From positions 65,345 through 129,344 of the forward strand of contig JAUSFM010000009.1 of NCBI GenBank assembly GCA_030651375.1: 64,000 bases of DNA, written 5' to 3'. Both the position numbers and the translations under genes were made by a program. This document shows, in pieces, positions 44,364 through 55,029 of this stretch. The notes under the pieces are model-generated. The model did no database searches, was not told the DNA's origin, and saw nothing but the letters and a program-made list of their open reading frames with translations. This DNA is from Candidatus Woesearchaeota archaeon (GTDB taxonomy: Archaea > Nanobdellota > Nanobdellia > Woesearchaeales > UBA12501). The number at the start of each line of letters is the position of its first letter. Within the stretch, counting starts at the first letter, position 1.

Positions 44364-46088
44364 TTATTTTTCTATCTGGTACACATGTACTTTTTTCCCT
44401 TGAACATCAGAATACGCAAGCAACCCGCCTCTGCTGATGGCCATGGTGCGAACTGTTTCTGCATTTCCCTGATAGTTTTCGGGGTAGAAATGGCTCAAGA
44501 AAGTTCCAGGCTCTCCCCGTTCTGTTGGAAGGCGGTACGCTTTAATGCTGCCCACTTCTTCGTCGGGCATTTTCGTGAGGGCGTACAAGACACCATTATG
44601 GATCGAATGGTTCATGGGAAGGCACCTGCGCTCAATCTCTTTCGGATCGATAAGGGGGAATGGTTTTTGGCTCTCTGTTAATTGCCCTAATCTCCGATCA
44701 ACCGCCATGATATTGGCTGCTTTGAAATATAACCTCTTTCCATCAATCACAATACGTGAACCATCACTCCACTCACTTGTTTTTATGCCACCTGACCAGG
44801 GGTGGTATCTGATGGGCGTTCCAATAATTTGCTGTCCATTTGATGCAGCAATAATATTATTGTGGCTCCGTTCTATCGCATTGTTTGGGCTGAGATTAAA
44901 ATAGAAAACTCCATCTTGTTCAGTAACCTGGCTAATCTCTCGTGGATATTGAAGTATATCTTCTGCTTTGAGCAGTTGTATTGCGCGGTTAAATTTGTCC
45001 TCTGTTTCCGTTATCTCCTGAAGATTAGGAGTGTATCGCTTGACCATCTTATTCTGTCGCGCATTAGCGCCAACAACATACAATGTGCCATCGCTTCCAA
45101 TGCTGAGGCTGCCTTCGAAACTGGTCGTACCTACAGCACCATCAAAGAGTGCTTTCATCCCGGTCTCTATTGTGCGTCCTGAATACGTTGGAAGGGTATC
45201 CGTTCTGATGAGGTAGAGCACCATATCTGCATATTCATGCTGTCGGATGTCATCTTCACTATCTTCTGGCTTTACCAGTACTGCAAGTCTTTGGTCAGAT
45301 AAAAATGCAAGCGCTAATGGTGTAAATTCTGACAAAGTAAAGTCAATGGTCTTATCAGAAAGCAACTTTGGTGGCGACGTGAGGTTGCGTGTGCGTAATT
45401 GTGCATCGAAAGCTTCATGGCGTTTCAATCTTTTCCCTTGTCCTTCTTTTGCTCGATGATATTCGTCTCTCACGCCATCAATGCCCTCTCCGCGGCCGGT
45501 AACACCACCGTCGTCTCGCGTCATAAAACCGAACTCTGATTCAAACATCCCTCTGAAATATCCGACACCGGAATCGCGTGCGAGCAGTTTTTCACGAACC
45601 TCTTGTACTGGCAGCTCGTGCCCGCGTGCTTTGACCAACCCAAAGAGAATCGTACTATCGAGCCACGCGTTTAAATCACTCTCTCCGCCCTCATTCTCCA
45701 ATCCCCTTTCAGCAGTCAGAACGCCGTACTCACGCGGAGATAGGGTCATCATCTTTAGTGCAGCTTCTTCGAGTTGAGAAACATCAACATGGCGAACATC
45801 TATATCAACTAAGTGTGCAACTCGGTCTAATGCAGCTTCTTCTTTTCTAATATGATAATCTAACACATGGGCTAAATCTCGATCTAATATCCCCCTCCTC
45901 GTGAGGTCATCAAAATTTTGGTACATAAGGGCAGGCAGTTCCTGCGCAGTGACTGGGCGTTCCATTGCTGCACTAAGTGCAGGGAGCAGGTCATCAAGTC
46001 TTTTTTTGCGGAGTTCTGTATCCTTAAACTGGTTTCCATACTCAACGATTGCTTTTCGCATTCGAGTGATATCTTCATACGTAACCAT
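44364..46088 (-). CDS. hypothetical protein (helical N-terminus, possible beta-propeller C-terminus)
   Basis: 574-aa ORF; TTTAAATA about 30 nt upstream on the minus strand; C-terminal half has short beta-strand repeats (LSIGSDGTLYV, MAISRGGLLAYSD). Confidence 0.7.
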   Translation of the reverse strand: MVTYEDITRMRKAIVEYGNQFKDTELRKKRLDDLLPALSAAMERPVTAQELPALMYQNFDDLTRRGILDRDLAHVLDYHIRKEEAALDRVAHLVDIDVRHVDVSQLEEAALKMMTLSPREYGVLTAERGLENEGGESDLNAWLDSTILFGLVKARGHELPVQEVREKLLARDSGVGYFRGMFESEFGFMTRDDGGVTGRGEGIDGVRDEYHRAKEGQGKRLKRHEAFDAQLRTRNLTSPPKLLSDKTIDFTLSEFTPLALAFLSDQRLAVLVKPEDSEDDIRQHEYADMVLYLIRTDTLPTYSGRTIETGMKALFDGAVGTTSFEGSLSIGSDGTLYVVGANARQNKMVKRYTPNLQEITETEDKFNRAIQLLKAEDILQYPREISQVTEQDGVFYFNLSPNNAIERSHNNIIAASNGQQIIGTPIRYHPWSGGIKTSEWSDGSRIVIDGKRLYFKAANIMAVDRRLGQLTESQKPFPLIDPKEIERRCLPMNHSIHNGVLYALTKMPDEEVGSIKAYRLPTERGEPGTFLSHFYPENYQGNAETVRTMAISRGGLLAYSDVQGKKVHVYQIEK

Positions 46089-46190
46089 GTCTCTAAGAAT
46101 CCTGCTCTTTTATTTAAAGATATATGGTTTCTATTTGATATATGCTCACTCTTTATCACCGACTACCTACCGCACACCACCGACAGCCGA

Positions 46191-47195
46191 TTACACAACC
46201 CACATCTTTCCTTTGTGGTGCACCACATTGACTTTTTTCCCGATGGGGAGCGGGCCGAGGCGAACATTTGAGATGCGCATGGGCTGGTAGGTTTCAGGGT
46301 CCATCACTTCGCCGAAGGGCTTGTTCTTAATCACCGTCGCGAGCAAGGGCTCGACTTTTTCTGCCTTCATCAGTGTGCCTGATTTGGTGCTGGTGCTGGT
46401 ATTTTTTTCAAAATCAAAATACACAATCTGCTTGCCGCGCCGCAGGAGTTTCATAAGCACGCCATCCAGCAAAAACGCGTCGCCTTCTTTCAGCGGCATT
46501 GGTTCAAAATAGATGTTCAGCCGGTACACATCTTTGCTGGTGAATTTGTCCAGCGTAAAGATTCGCACGCTGCTTTTCAGCACGCCGCCGAATTTCTTGT
46601 GCAGCAGCACCCCAATTTTTTTGAGAAACGCCTGTTTGGTAATGTAAAAATCCATGCCGTTCTGCACGCGCAGTTCAGTAGTCGCCTGCGCTCCTTTTCC
46701 TTTTTCAAGGTCGAGTTTTTTCCGGATGTACGCGTACACATCTTCCGGCGCTTTTCGTATCTGCAAAATTCCTTCAAAGTATTGCGTGCCGCTCTTGCCG
46801 CAGTGGTTGCAGATGGTTAAAAAAATCGCGAGCGGTGTAAGGTGGGGCATTTCTTCGCCTTTACGCTGTATCCCCACTTGTATTTCTATTTCAAGTCCGG
46901 GTTTGGGGCTTGCATATGCTTCCTTGAGCCGCTCGAGTTCATGTTCAGGAATAATCACTTTGCCGGTCTCCTGTTTCTTCTGCTTTGCCATCCCTTTTCC
47001 AACTGCTTCGCGTATGATTTCACGGAAACCCTTAAAGGCGAGCCAGGTGTTTTTGCGTTTGTACCTGCGGCAGTGCACGCAAATATCAAGCCGTGTTTCT
47101 AATGGCTCGAGCGGGTTTTCTCGGTGTGCGCACGCAGCGCAGAGCTCGCCTTCAATGTCCTTTTTTCCGCAGCGCGGGCAGAAGTGGGGTCTCAT
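46191..47195 (-). CDS. nmd3: NMD3 family ribosome biogenesis protein
   Basis: FCPRCG...LCAAC, ICVHC, ICNHC and YFEGILQIR motifs; start taken at MRPHFC. Confidence 0.9.
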   Translation of the reverse strand: MRPHFCPRCGKKDIEGELCAACAHRENPLEPLETRLDICVHCRRYKRKNTWLAFKGFREIIREAVGKGMAKQKKQETGKVIIPEHELERLKEAYASPKPGLEIEIQVGIQRKGEEMPHLTPLAIFLTICNHCGKSGTQYFEGILQIRKAPEDVYAYIRKKLDLEKGKGAQATTELRVQNGMDFYITKQAFLKKIGVLLHKKFGGVLKSSVRIFTLDKFTSKDVYRLNIYFEPMPLKEGDAFLLDGVLMKLLRRGKQIVYFDFEKNTSTSTKSGTLMKAEKVEPLLATVIKNKPFGEVMDPETYQPMRISNVRLGPLPIGKKVNVVHHKGKMWVV

Positions 47196-47247
47196 TCTTC
47201 TGCGCAGGAAGCAAACCTTTTTAAATCTTTGTTTATAAGCCAATCCC

Positions 47248-47844
47248 ATGAACCGCGCACAACTGGGCACATTTCTCAAAAGGGCATGGCGCTTTCTCTG
47301 GCACGACGAATCGGTCTGGAGCTGGGTTGCCAATGTGGTCATCGCCTTTGTGCTTATCAAATTCGTTGTCTATCCTGGCCTTGGCTGGCTTCTCGGCACG
47401 CCGTTTCCTATCGTCGCTGTCGTGTCCGGCAGCATGGAACATCGCGGCGGATTTGACACCTGGTGGGCAGACCATGAAAAATTTTATGAACAGCATGGCA
47501 TTGCCAACGATGTTTTCAAAACATTCCCCTTTTCCAATGGCTTCAACAAAGGCGACATTATGATACTGCGCGGGCTGAAAAAAGAAAATATTAAAAAAGG
47601 GACGGTGATTGTCTTTCACACATCACGGCTTTCTGAGCCGGTGATTCACCGTATTGTGGAAGTCGGCGATACCGGCTCCACAGTTACCACCAAAGGTGAC
47701 TTCAACAGCCAAAGCCACTCATTTGAGCAGGACATTCCTCTCAACCAAATCATTGGCGAGGCAGTTGTCAAAATTCCTTATCTCGGATACATCAAAATTT
47801 GGTTTGTGCAATTGCTCAACGCCATCGGCGTTGGCTCTTCATAA
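47248..47844 (+). CDS. sec11: Signal peptidase I (archaeal/ER Sec11-type, S26B)
   Basis: VVSGSME, VIHRIV and TKGDFN motifs (Ser-His type). Confidence 0.9.
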   Translation: MNRAQLGTFLKRAWRFLWHDESVWSWVANVVIAFVLIKFVVYPGLGWLLGTPFPIVAVVSGSMEHRGGFDTWWADHEKFYEQHGIANDVFKTFPFSNGFNKGDIMILRGLKKENIKKGTVIVFHTSRLSEPVIHRIVEVGDTGSTVTTKGDFNSQSHSFEQDIPLNQIIGEAVVKIPYLGYIKIWFVQLLNAIGVGSS

Positions 47845-47889
47845 CCACCTACCCTAACCACCTAATCATCAAGCAACGGAGGCACTACT

Positions 47890-48210
47890 ATGTTTTGTCC
47901 AAAATGCGGCGGTATGCTGATGCCGAAAAAAGACGGTAATCGGCGCATTCTCGTCTGCAGCTGCGGCTTCAAGGACGTGAAAGCAGAAGAAACCCTCATC
48001 ACTGAAATTAAGCGCGAATCAAAAAGCGTTGAAATAGTTGACATTGACCAGTCAGAGACCCAGTCTCTGCCAGTTACCGACGCGAAGTGCCCACAATGCG
48101 GCCATGAAAAAGCGCACTACTGGATGGTTCAAACCCGCGCGTCTGACGAGCCGGAAACAAAATTCCACCGCTGCAAATCCTGCAAGCACGTCTGGCGGGA
48201 CTATAGTTAG
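47890..48210 (+). CDS. tfs: Transcription factor S (TFS/RpoM)
   Basis: FCPKCG and CPQC...QTRASDEPETKFHRCKSC with the acidic DE pair. Confidence 0.95.
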   Translation: MFCPKCGGMLMPKKDGNRRILVCSCGFKDVKAEETLITEIKRESKSVEIVDIDQSETQSLPVTDAKCPQCGHEKAHYWMVQTRASDEPETKFHRCKSCKHVWRDYS

Positions 48211-48272
48211 GCGTTGGGTGTTGGCTTTCGGTATTTTGGCGTTGGGTGTTTGGTATCTGGTCGGGGTGACTG

Positions 48273-48518
48273 ATGGATTTTTTTCCGTACCTTTCTGACA
48301 AAAAATCGGTTTCAATTATCGTCCGCCCACGGGCTCCAGAAACAAAAATAATGAAATGGGACACTGAAAAAAATGCGTTGCGCGTTGATGTTGCCGCACC
48401 GCCGGAAGACAACAAGGCGAACCGAGAGATTATCAAATTCTTTTCCAAGCTGACGAAGAAAAAAGTCACCATACTCACTGGTTTGACGAGTAAAAAGAAA
48501 GTACTTCGTATTGCATAA
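48273..48518 (+). CDS. DUF167 (UPF0235) protein
   Basis: VRPRA, LRVDVAAPPEDNKANREII and GLTSKKK motifs. Confidence 0.9.
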   Translation: MDFFPYLSDKKSVSIIVRPRAPETKIMKWDTEKNALRVDVAAPPEDNKANREIIKFFSKLTKKKVTILTGLTSKKKVLRIA

Positions 48519-48591
48519 CGATTCTCCACAACCACAAACTTTTTTAATAGTTGTTTCTCTTGTTGGTCTATTCTTTTTTCGAGGTTTTGCA

Positions 48592-49302
48592 ATGGCTGAA
48601 GAACAGGTGATGGATCACGGAAAAGACTATTTTATTCTCGCACGTAAATTTGCAACGGTGTGCACACTCGCTGAACTGGTGAGTCGGCGAAAGAGAGATG
48701 GGGATGCGCGCGCTTCGTATTTCTGGCTTGCGAATTTTGTGGTGTACGACCCCGGCAGCGCCGAAGAAGACAGCCCATATCTCACCGTCTGTGGTGATGG
48801 CCATCTCAATCCGTTTAAAAAAATGACTCATCGGTCCGAGTTTGAAGAACATCTATCTGGTGGCGAATATCCACTCACTCCCGAGCTTGATCATACAGTC
48901 AAAGAAGCTCTTGTTCGCGGAACAGCGGTTCGCATTTCGTACGCAGGGCTGAGCAATTCTGGTGGGCCGCGCCTTGAGTTGCCGTCTAAAAACAATACCA
49001 CCTACCTCATCATTAATCCCCTCGAACTTGTTCGTTTCCAAGAACATCGGCCTTATTTCAATGAGTCCCAGCGTGCTCTGCTTACTGCCCTGTATGGTGC
49101 TCCTCAAGACCACGGCAGAATGTTGATGGATGCAGGCGGCCGGAACACTGCAATCATCATGCTCGCTGAACCATATGTGCGCGAACAGCCGCACCCCTTT
49201 GTGCGCGCGTGCTGGACCAACACGGTGGACGCGGGTTCGCTTGTTGAGCTCTGTGAGAACTTCAAAGAAAATGATGGTTTCATTCTTGGTGTGCTTCGTT
49301 AA
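48592..49302 (+). CDS. hypothetical protein
   Basis: GAGGT before ATG 48592; no family recognised. Confidence 0.6.
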   Translation: MAEEQVMDHGKDYFILARKFATVCTLAELVSRRKRDGDARASYFWLANFVVYDPGSAEEDSPYLTVCGDGHLNPFKKMTHRSEFEEHLSGGEYPLTPELDHTVKEALVRGTAVRISYAGLSNSGGPRLELPSKNNTTYLIINPLELVRFQEHRPYFNESQRALLTALYGAPQDHGRMLMDAGGRNTAIIMLAEPYVREQPHPFVRACWTNTVDAGSLVELCENFKENDGFILGVLR

Positions 49303-49319
49303 ATACAACTACCGCATAC

Positions 49320-52300
49320 TTAAAATTCAAATTTTTTATCCTGCTCTCCTTGTGCTGCTTCTCCTTCTTCAAACAAATATTTTTTCTTGTGCGGCAATTT
49401 CTGTTTCAGTTTTTCAACAAGTGTCTTGCTTTTCTGGCGGACGAAACTCAATGCGTCACTCGCAATGCCCAAACTGCCGATGCTCGTTTTCAGGCGCGCT
49501 GCAGAGTCGCTGTCAAGATGCGTTATTTTCCGGTAGCTGAAACTCCCCAGCCCAAGTGCACCGAGCGTGAGAAGGGTGAGAATCGAGCCCAGTCCAAACA
49601 TGCTAAACTCTCCGTCCTCTTTGACAAATCCAAGCGCTTTTCCAACGCCGGCGATGCGGCCGGTTAGCAGATCGTTGGATACCGTTTCTGTTTGTTCTGC
49701 TGTTGCAGCGCCGGTCACACCATCTCCTCCTGCTGTTTCTGATTCAGTTGCTGACTCGAACGATGATTCTGATTCTTGCGCAGCAGCTTCACCATCTGAT
49801 GATGTTTCACTCGTCGTGCCGATACTGCTTATCGATGCAGGTGCTGATGCGGGCAGGGTGCTTGCCGGTCTGCTCTGCTGCTGACTCTGTGTTGGCCCGC
49901 CACCGCCTCCTCCGCCGCCACCGGCTGCTCCTCCTCCTGTGCTTCCTGTTCCAGTATTTCCCGTGCTACTTGTATTCGGGGCGCTCAGTGAGATATTAAG
50001 TATGCCTTCTTCTGAAAGCTTGGTGAAGAGCACACCATCGCAGGTTGCATTGTACCGATACAGCCCTTCTGCGGTAAAACTCTGCACACGTTCATAGCGA
50101 TTGCTTGCTGCATTGAACGCTGCAATACTCGTGTCGTTGTTGACCGTTAAGAAACAAACCGCATCAGTAATCACCTCATTTGACGTCGAATTGCGGTAAT
50201 TCAGCTGCATCGTCACCGTCTGATTTGGCTGTTTTGGCGAATCACTGCTCAACACAACCCCCGCATTTGGCTCAACGGTGAAGCTGCTGAAATGGTTGGC
50301 GGTAAAGCTGACAGCGTTGTCCGTGCATACCACATTAATGCAGGCCGTGCTGCTATTTTCGCTGCATACGAATCCTGCTGCGCGCACTTTGTCAGCGGCC
50401 GTGTACACTGCTTCTGCGGCGACAATCTTTGTTGGGCACGTCACATTTTTTATGGTCACGCGAGCTGTGTTGTTATATTCACTGCCAAGCATCGTTGTAT
50501 TAACGCTGACCAGCCGATCGCTCAATCGTATCGCATTGTCAAAATCCCTGCCGCGTGCGTCCTTGCCGCCGGTAAAATTGACCGAGCCGCGCTCTTTTTT
50601 CTCGATGAAAAGGTCTGAACCATTTGCGAGATTTGGCGCTGCGTTGAAGTTCGTAGTGTTGCCGTCAAATGTTGCAACGGAAGGAAGTTGGCTCAACACC
50701 ATAGTAAGCGCGGTGCTCATTGTTTGGCTGAGATTGATTATTTTGTTTTGTTTTGTATACGTTCCCGCCTCAACCGTGACGGTGTGCGGCGTCAGAATAT
50801 CATTCACTGCTCCGTATACTCCTTCGACGAGCAGGAAGTTCATTGCACTTACATTTTTTGTGGTGATGGTTGAGCCATTCTGAAGAGTTATAGTCATATT
50901 CGTCAGGAGCGGCTGGCTGTTGTTATTCGTTGTGTTCACGGAAAGGTACCAGTCCAGTTCAACGCTTGTCGTGGTGTTTGCCTCAATTGTTTTCGACGTG
51001 GTTGTTGTGTTAATCAGCTGGTTTCGCCCGCCAAACCCTTTCATGCCCAGCGCGCCGTTTGTTGCAGAATCATTCACCTGTGCATTCGCCGCGCCATCAA
51101 ACAATATGCCCGTCGAGAAATTCGTGAGCGTGCACGATTTCACGCGCGCGTTGTTGGTGGTCATCGCCATCCCTGTTCCCACATTCGTATTCTTGCTGAC
51201 GAATGAAAATCCGTCGCAATCAAGTGTGATGTTGTCTGCTGAAAGCGTCATACAGGTTCCATTTCCTCCATACTCAAGCGACGCATTCATCAGAATGTTT
51301 CGGTTTGGTTTGGTATACTGTTTGCACGCCGCCACAAACGGATATATCGTTATCGTATCCTGCGCAGCAGCAGGAGTTGTATCCGACGCACTGCATGACC
51401 CGTTCCAGTCAATGCTTTTTTCTGTCGTGAAAAACGTGGTGTACTCGTAATATGATGATGTTGCATTGTATACCATAGCATGAGACACATTTTCGATGGT
51501 AATCGTGCAGTTTGCGTTTCCCACAATAGGCGCGCCGGTCGTATTCGTATAATTTGCAAAGAAGGTTATGTCGTCATCAACCGTGCTGTTTTTGCTGCCG
51601 CGCTGCGCATCATTGTCGTCAAAAATAGTCAGCACCGCGCTTGCGCTTGTGGTGAAGTTTCCATAAGCGTCAAAGTTTGTGACGTTAAAGGTGGTATTGT
51701 CTCCTGATGAGCTCATAACCATACAACTGGCACATTTTTTTCCATCGTCAAAAATAAATCCATTAAGCACTGGCGGATTTTTCATCGTGACAACAGCCGT
51801 TGCATTAAGGCGCGGCTCGCGTGAGATGTTGATAATAATGTTTCCCGGCTTGATACTGATTGACTCGTTGAGATTCATTTTCACAAAATTAACCGCGCCG
51901 GGATAGGCAACCAGCCCATCGCCATTTCCAATTTGCGCGCCGGCCAGCATTTCAAGATTTTCCAGCGTTTGCGCAGCGAAGTTTGTTGTCGCTGAATTGT
52001 TGAACTGGCTGTATTTGATCGGCTCTTGAATTGTTTGAACCAGCTCAAGCGCGTCAATGCGCAGGAACGTGAGGCCGGTGCCTGCATCAGCTATTTTTTT
52101 CCCCGTGTTTCTCAACAGCACACGCAGTTCATCAACACGCAGAATACGATTCTGGAACTGCTGTGAGAATTGGTTTGCGAGCGCAACAAGTCCGGCAACA
52201 TGCGGTGTTGCCATGCTGGTGCCTGACAACGTGGTGTACCGATTGTTGTTGCATACTTGTCCGCTTCCGCCGGCAGGGCAGTTTTGCTGTGCCGTTGAAT

Positions 52301-53390
52301 TTATCGATGAGCCCGGCGCGAGAACATCAAGAAGGATATTTCGATTGGTGAATGCTGAAATTGCGTCTGCTTTTGTCGTCGAGCCAACCGCCGTGACATT
52401 GGAAAGGCATGCCGGAAGCGCAATGCCACCCGTGTTGGCGCTGTTGCCTGACGCCGCGAGCATCATAATGCCCTGTCCATACGCCGTGTTCGCCGCGTCA
52501 GTGAACGCAAGAGTTTGTCCATTTGCATCACAGCTTGCGGCGTCGCTGAAGATGCCCGTGCCCAAGCTCATGGTGATGACATCAATGCTGTAATTGTTTT
52601 TGTTTGCAATACAAAAATCAATCCCTTTGAGAATATTCGAGAGATCCGTGCTGCTGTCCTTGCCAAATACTTTGACCGCGACAATGCCTGCGTTTTTTGC
52701 CACACCCACCAGATTATTTCCTCCTGCTGTGGCCGGAGCGTTTGCCGCCACAATGCCGGCAACATGGGTGCCATGGCCGTTTTCATCGGTTGCGTTGCCA
52801 AACAGTTCGGTCTGATTATTTGGGCAGCACGCCGAGCCGTTGTTAGTACAATAACAGTATTGCGCAACAATATTGTTCTTCAGGTCAGGGTGAGTCGGGT
52901 CAATGCCCGTGTCAAGTACGCATACACCTCTCCCTGTCCCGGTGATGTTTGCCCCTCCCACCACTAATTGGTGCACCGTGGTTGCTTTGATAAGCGGTAC
53001 GCTTTGCTCAAGCAGCAGGTGCATTTTCGTGTCAGGAATGATTGCCGCAACGTTAGGATTGTTCTGCAATTCAGCCAGCGTGTCCTTTGGCACGGTCGCA
53101 GCAATCATATTAAGCATTTCAAATGTTTCAATATTTTTTACGCCCGGGGCATCGAGCGAGTCGCTGATGACGCTGTCTTGTTTTTCACGAACACCCTCTT
53201 GTACTGTTGCGAGTGACATTCCTGCTGTGGAAGCAGTCTCTTTGAGTACAATAATCACATCATTGGTTTGCTGGGGGACGAGGTTCACCGCAGTGTCTTC
53301 AGCGGTGCTTCCAGCGGTAAAAAGAGCCAGACTAATAAGTACAGTAAAAAGAACTACCATCCTCTTTTTTTGAATGTCCATCACCTTCAT
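49320..53390 (-). CDS. Cell-surface S8 (subtilisin-like) serine protease with C-terminal membrane anchor
   Basis: Signal peptide, propeptide, catalytic triad LDTGID / NGHGTHVAG / GTSMATPH, many N-x-S/T sequons, Gly/Ser linker and TM helix. Confidence 0.93.
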   Translation of the reverse strand: MKVMDIQKKRMVVLFTVLISLALFTAGSTAEDTAVNLVPQQTNDVIIVLKETASTAGMSLATVQEGVREKQDSVISDSLDAPGVKNIETFEMLNMIAATVPKDTLAELQNNPNVAAIIPDTKMHLLLEQSVPLIKATTVHQLVVGGANITGTGRGVCVLDTGIDPTHPDLKNNIVAQYCYCTNNGSACCPNNQTELFGNATDENGHGTHVAGIVAANAPATAGGNNLVGVAKNAGIVAVKVFGKDSSTDLSNILKGIDFCIANKNNYSIDVITMSLGTGIFSDAASCDANGQTLAFTDAANTAYGQGIMMLAASGNSANTGGIALPACLSNVTAVGSTTKADAISAFTNRNILLDVLAPGSSINSTAQQNCPAGGSGQVCNNNRYTTLSGTSMATPHVAGLVALANQFSQQFQNRILRVDELRVLLRNTGKKIADAGTGLTFLRIDALELVQTIQEPIKYSQFNNSATTNFAAQTLENLEMLAGAQIGNGDGLVAYPGAVNFVKMNLNESISIKPGNIIINISREPRLNATAVVTMKNPPVLNGFIFDDGKKCASCMVMSSSGDNTTFNVTNFDAYGNFTTSASAVLTIFDDNDAQRGSKNSTVDDDITFFANYTNTTGAPIVGNANCTITIENVSHAMVYNATSSYYEYTTFFTTEKSIDWNGSCSASDTTPAAAQDTITIYPFVAACKQYTKPNRNILMNASLEYGGNGTCMTLSADNITLDCDGFSFVSKNTNVGTGMAMTTNNARVKSCTLTNFSTGILFDGAANAQVNDSATNGALGMKGFGGRNQLINTTTTSKTIEANTTTSVELDWYLSVNTTNNNSQPLLTNMTITLQNGSTITTKNVSAMNFLLVEGVYGAVNDILTPHTVTVEAGTYTKQNKIINLSQTMSTALTMVLSQLPSVATFDGNTTNFNAAPNLANGSDLFIEKKERGSVNFTGGKDARGRDFDNAIRLSDRLVSVNTTMLGSEYNNTARVTIKNVTCPTKIVAAEAVYTAADKVRAAGFVCSENSSTACINVVCTDNAVSFTANHFSSFTVEPNAGVVLSSDSPKQPNQTVTMQLNYRNSTSNEVITDAVCFLTVNNDTSIAAFNAASNRYERVQSFTAEGLYRYNATCDGVLFTKLSEEGILNISLSAPNTSSTGNTGTGSTGGGAAGGGGGGGGGPTQSQQQSRPASTLPASAPASISSIGTTSETSSDGEAAAQESESSFESATESETAGGDGVTGAATAEQTETVSNDLLTGRIAGVGKALGFVKEDGEFSMFGLGSILTLLTLGALGLGSFSYRKITHLDSDSAARLKTSIGSLGIASDALSFVRQKSKTLVEKLKQKLPHKKKYLFEEGEAAQGEQDKKFEF

Positions 53391-53482
53391 TTACTGCCTC
53401 GTTCGGCAGGGAATATGTATCCTTTTTCTTTTATAAATCTTGTGAAGATAGGTTTATATATGGCCACCTGTCCCGCTCCACT

Positions 53483-53980
53483 ATGCGACCTGAACTTGAA
53501 ACAAAAACCCTCGTTAACCGGTTAAAAGATACTGACATTGGCAAGGCAGGAGTATCCCGCCCTGAATGTCAACGCATGATAGCAGATGTTGTGCGTGAAT
53601 ACGTTGAAACAGCGTATGCAGTGACTAGTACAGTCATTGCACGGGCGCTTGAGGAATTACGCAACAATGCTGATTACCGCGCTGAAGGAAGAACCCCATT
53701 CTGGACACGCTCCGCCACTGACTGGGACCTCTCTCGTTTTACCAGTGCACAACGAAATCCCTATCTCACCGTAGTGCCGCATAAAAAAATTGGCGATGCT
53801 GCACGCTATTTTATTCAGAAAAAAAATCCAGGTATCTCAGTTGATATCAGCTGGTCAAAAGACCATGCCAGCGCTTTTGCGCAACAGCTCATTTATTATC
53901 GGGATGATACTGCGTTAGAACTATACATCAACAAACATTTCAGGCCAAAACGCATAATCTACCAATTTCGCGAGAGTTAG
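53483..53980 (+). CDS. hypothetical protein
   Basis: TTTATATA exactly 30 nt upstream; no family recognised. Confidence 0.65.
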   Translation: MRPELETKTLVNRLKDTDIGKAGVSRPECQRMIADVVREYVETAYAVTSTVIARALEELRNNADYRAEGRTPFWTRSATDWDLSRFTSAQRNPYLTVVPHKKIGDAARYFIQKKNPGISVDISWSKDHASAFAQQLIYYRDDTALELYINKHFRPKRIIYQFRES

Positions 53981-53990
53981 TTAGCTGTCG

Positions 53991-55025
53991 TTACATTCTC
54001 GGCTGCTGCTGGCTCATGCAGTGAATCGTGCCAAAGCCGAACACGACGTGGTAGCAGTTGATGCCGACTACTTTTCGCTGCGGGAATTGTTCCTGAATAA
54101 TCCTCAGCGCTTTCTCATCATTCTTGTGCCCAAAAATAGGCACGAGCACAACCGTATTGCCGATGTAGAAATTCGCATAGCTTGCCGGCACCCTTCCTTT
54201 GTCATCGCCCACCACACCGGGCATGGGCAGTTTGATGACCGTAAGTTTTTTCCCATCCTGATCCGTTTCTTTGCATAGAATGTCATAATTTTCTTTCAGC
54301 ATCGGATAATTTTCATCGTTGGCATCATCTTCATACGCGCATAGCACTGTTGTGGGGTTTACAAACCGCGCAAGGTCATCAACGTGGCCATCGGTGTCAT
54401 CACCCACAATGCCTTCATTGAGCCAGATAATTTTTTTGACGCCCAAAAAATCCTTCAGATACTGCTCAATCTGCTGTTTTGAAAGCTGTGGATTCCTATT
54501 TTTGTTAAGCAGGCACTGTGCCGAGGTCAGCAGCGTTCCCTTACCGTTGACATCGATTGAGCCGCCTTCGAGCACAATGCCGGGCGCGAACCGCTCAATC
54601 TTCATTGTTTCGTTAATCCATTCGGGAATGTGAGAATCTTTGAGCAGTTCTTCGTACTTGTTGCCCCACGCGTTGAAAATCCAGTGCGTCATGGCGAGCT
54701 TTTTTTCTTTTTTATTCACCACAAAGATTGGGCCGTAGTCACGAAACCAGACATCGGCATACTCATGGACATGGAGCGTTATTTTTGAGAAATTGCATTT
54801 TTTCTTTTCAAGCGCCGCCATCACTTTTTTCTTCATCGCTTCATTTTTGACGAGTAAATTCACCTGTTCACTGGAATGAACTGCTGCAATAATCTCTGCC
54901 ATGGCCTTTTCTGCCTCCGGCATATTCGGAAACGTAAGTGGGTCATGCGGCCACGAGAGCCAGATAGCATCGTGCGGTTCCCATTCTGCGGGCATCTGAT
55001 AACCGAGCTGAGAAGGCGTTTTCAT
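53991..55025 (-). CDS. aguA: Agmatine deiminase
   Basis: MPAEWEPH, WFRDYGP, LEGGSID, DDTDGHVD and GTIHCMSQQ motifs; start taken at MKTPSQ. Confidence 0.93.
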   Translation of the reverse strand: MKTPSQLGYQMPAEWEPHDAIWLSWPHDPLTFPNMPEAEKAMAEIIAAVHSSEQVNLLVKNEAMKKKVMAALEKKKCNFSKITLHVHEYADVWFRDYGPIFVVNKKEKKLAMTHWIFNAWGNKYEELLKDSHIPEWINETMKIERFAPGIVLEGGSIDVNGKGTLLTSAQCLLNKNRNPQLSKQQIEQYLKDFLGVKKIIWLNEGIVGDDTDGHVDDLARFVNPTTVLCAYEDDANDENYPMLKENYDILCKETDQDGKKLTVIKLPMPGVVGDDKGRVPASYANFYIGNTVVLVPIFGHKNDEKALRIIQEQFPQRKVVGINCYHVVFGFGTIHCMSQQQPRM

Positions 55026-55029
55026 TGTC

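Noticed and set aside
46150-48265. Short degenerate intergenic repeats (CCGACTACCTACCGCAC near 46160, ACCACCTA near 47845, GGCGTTGGGTGTT twice at 48210 and 48238)
   Set aside because: Too short and irregular, with no spacer structure; treated as low-complexity spacer DNA.
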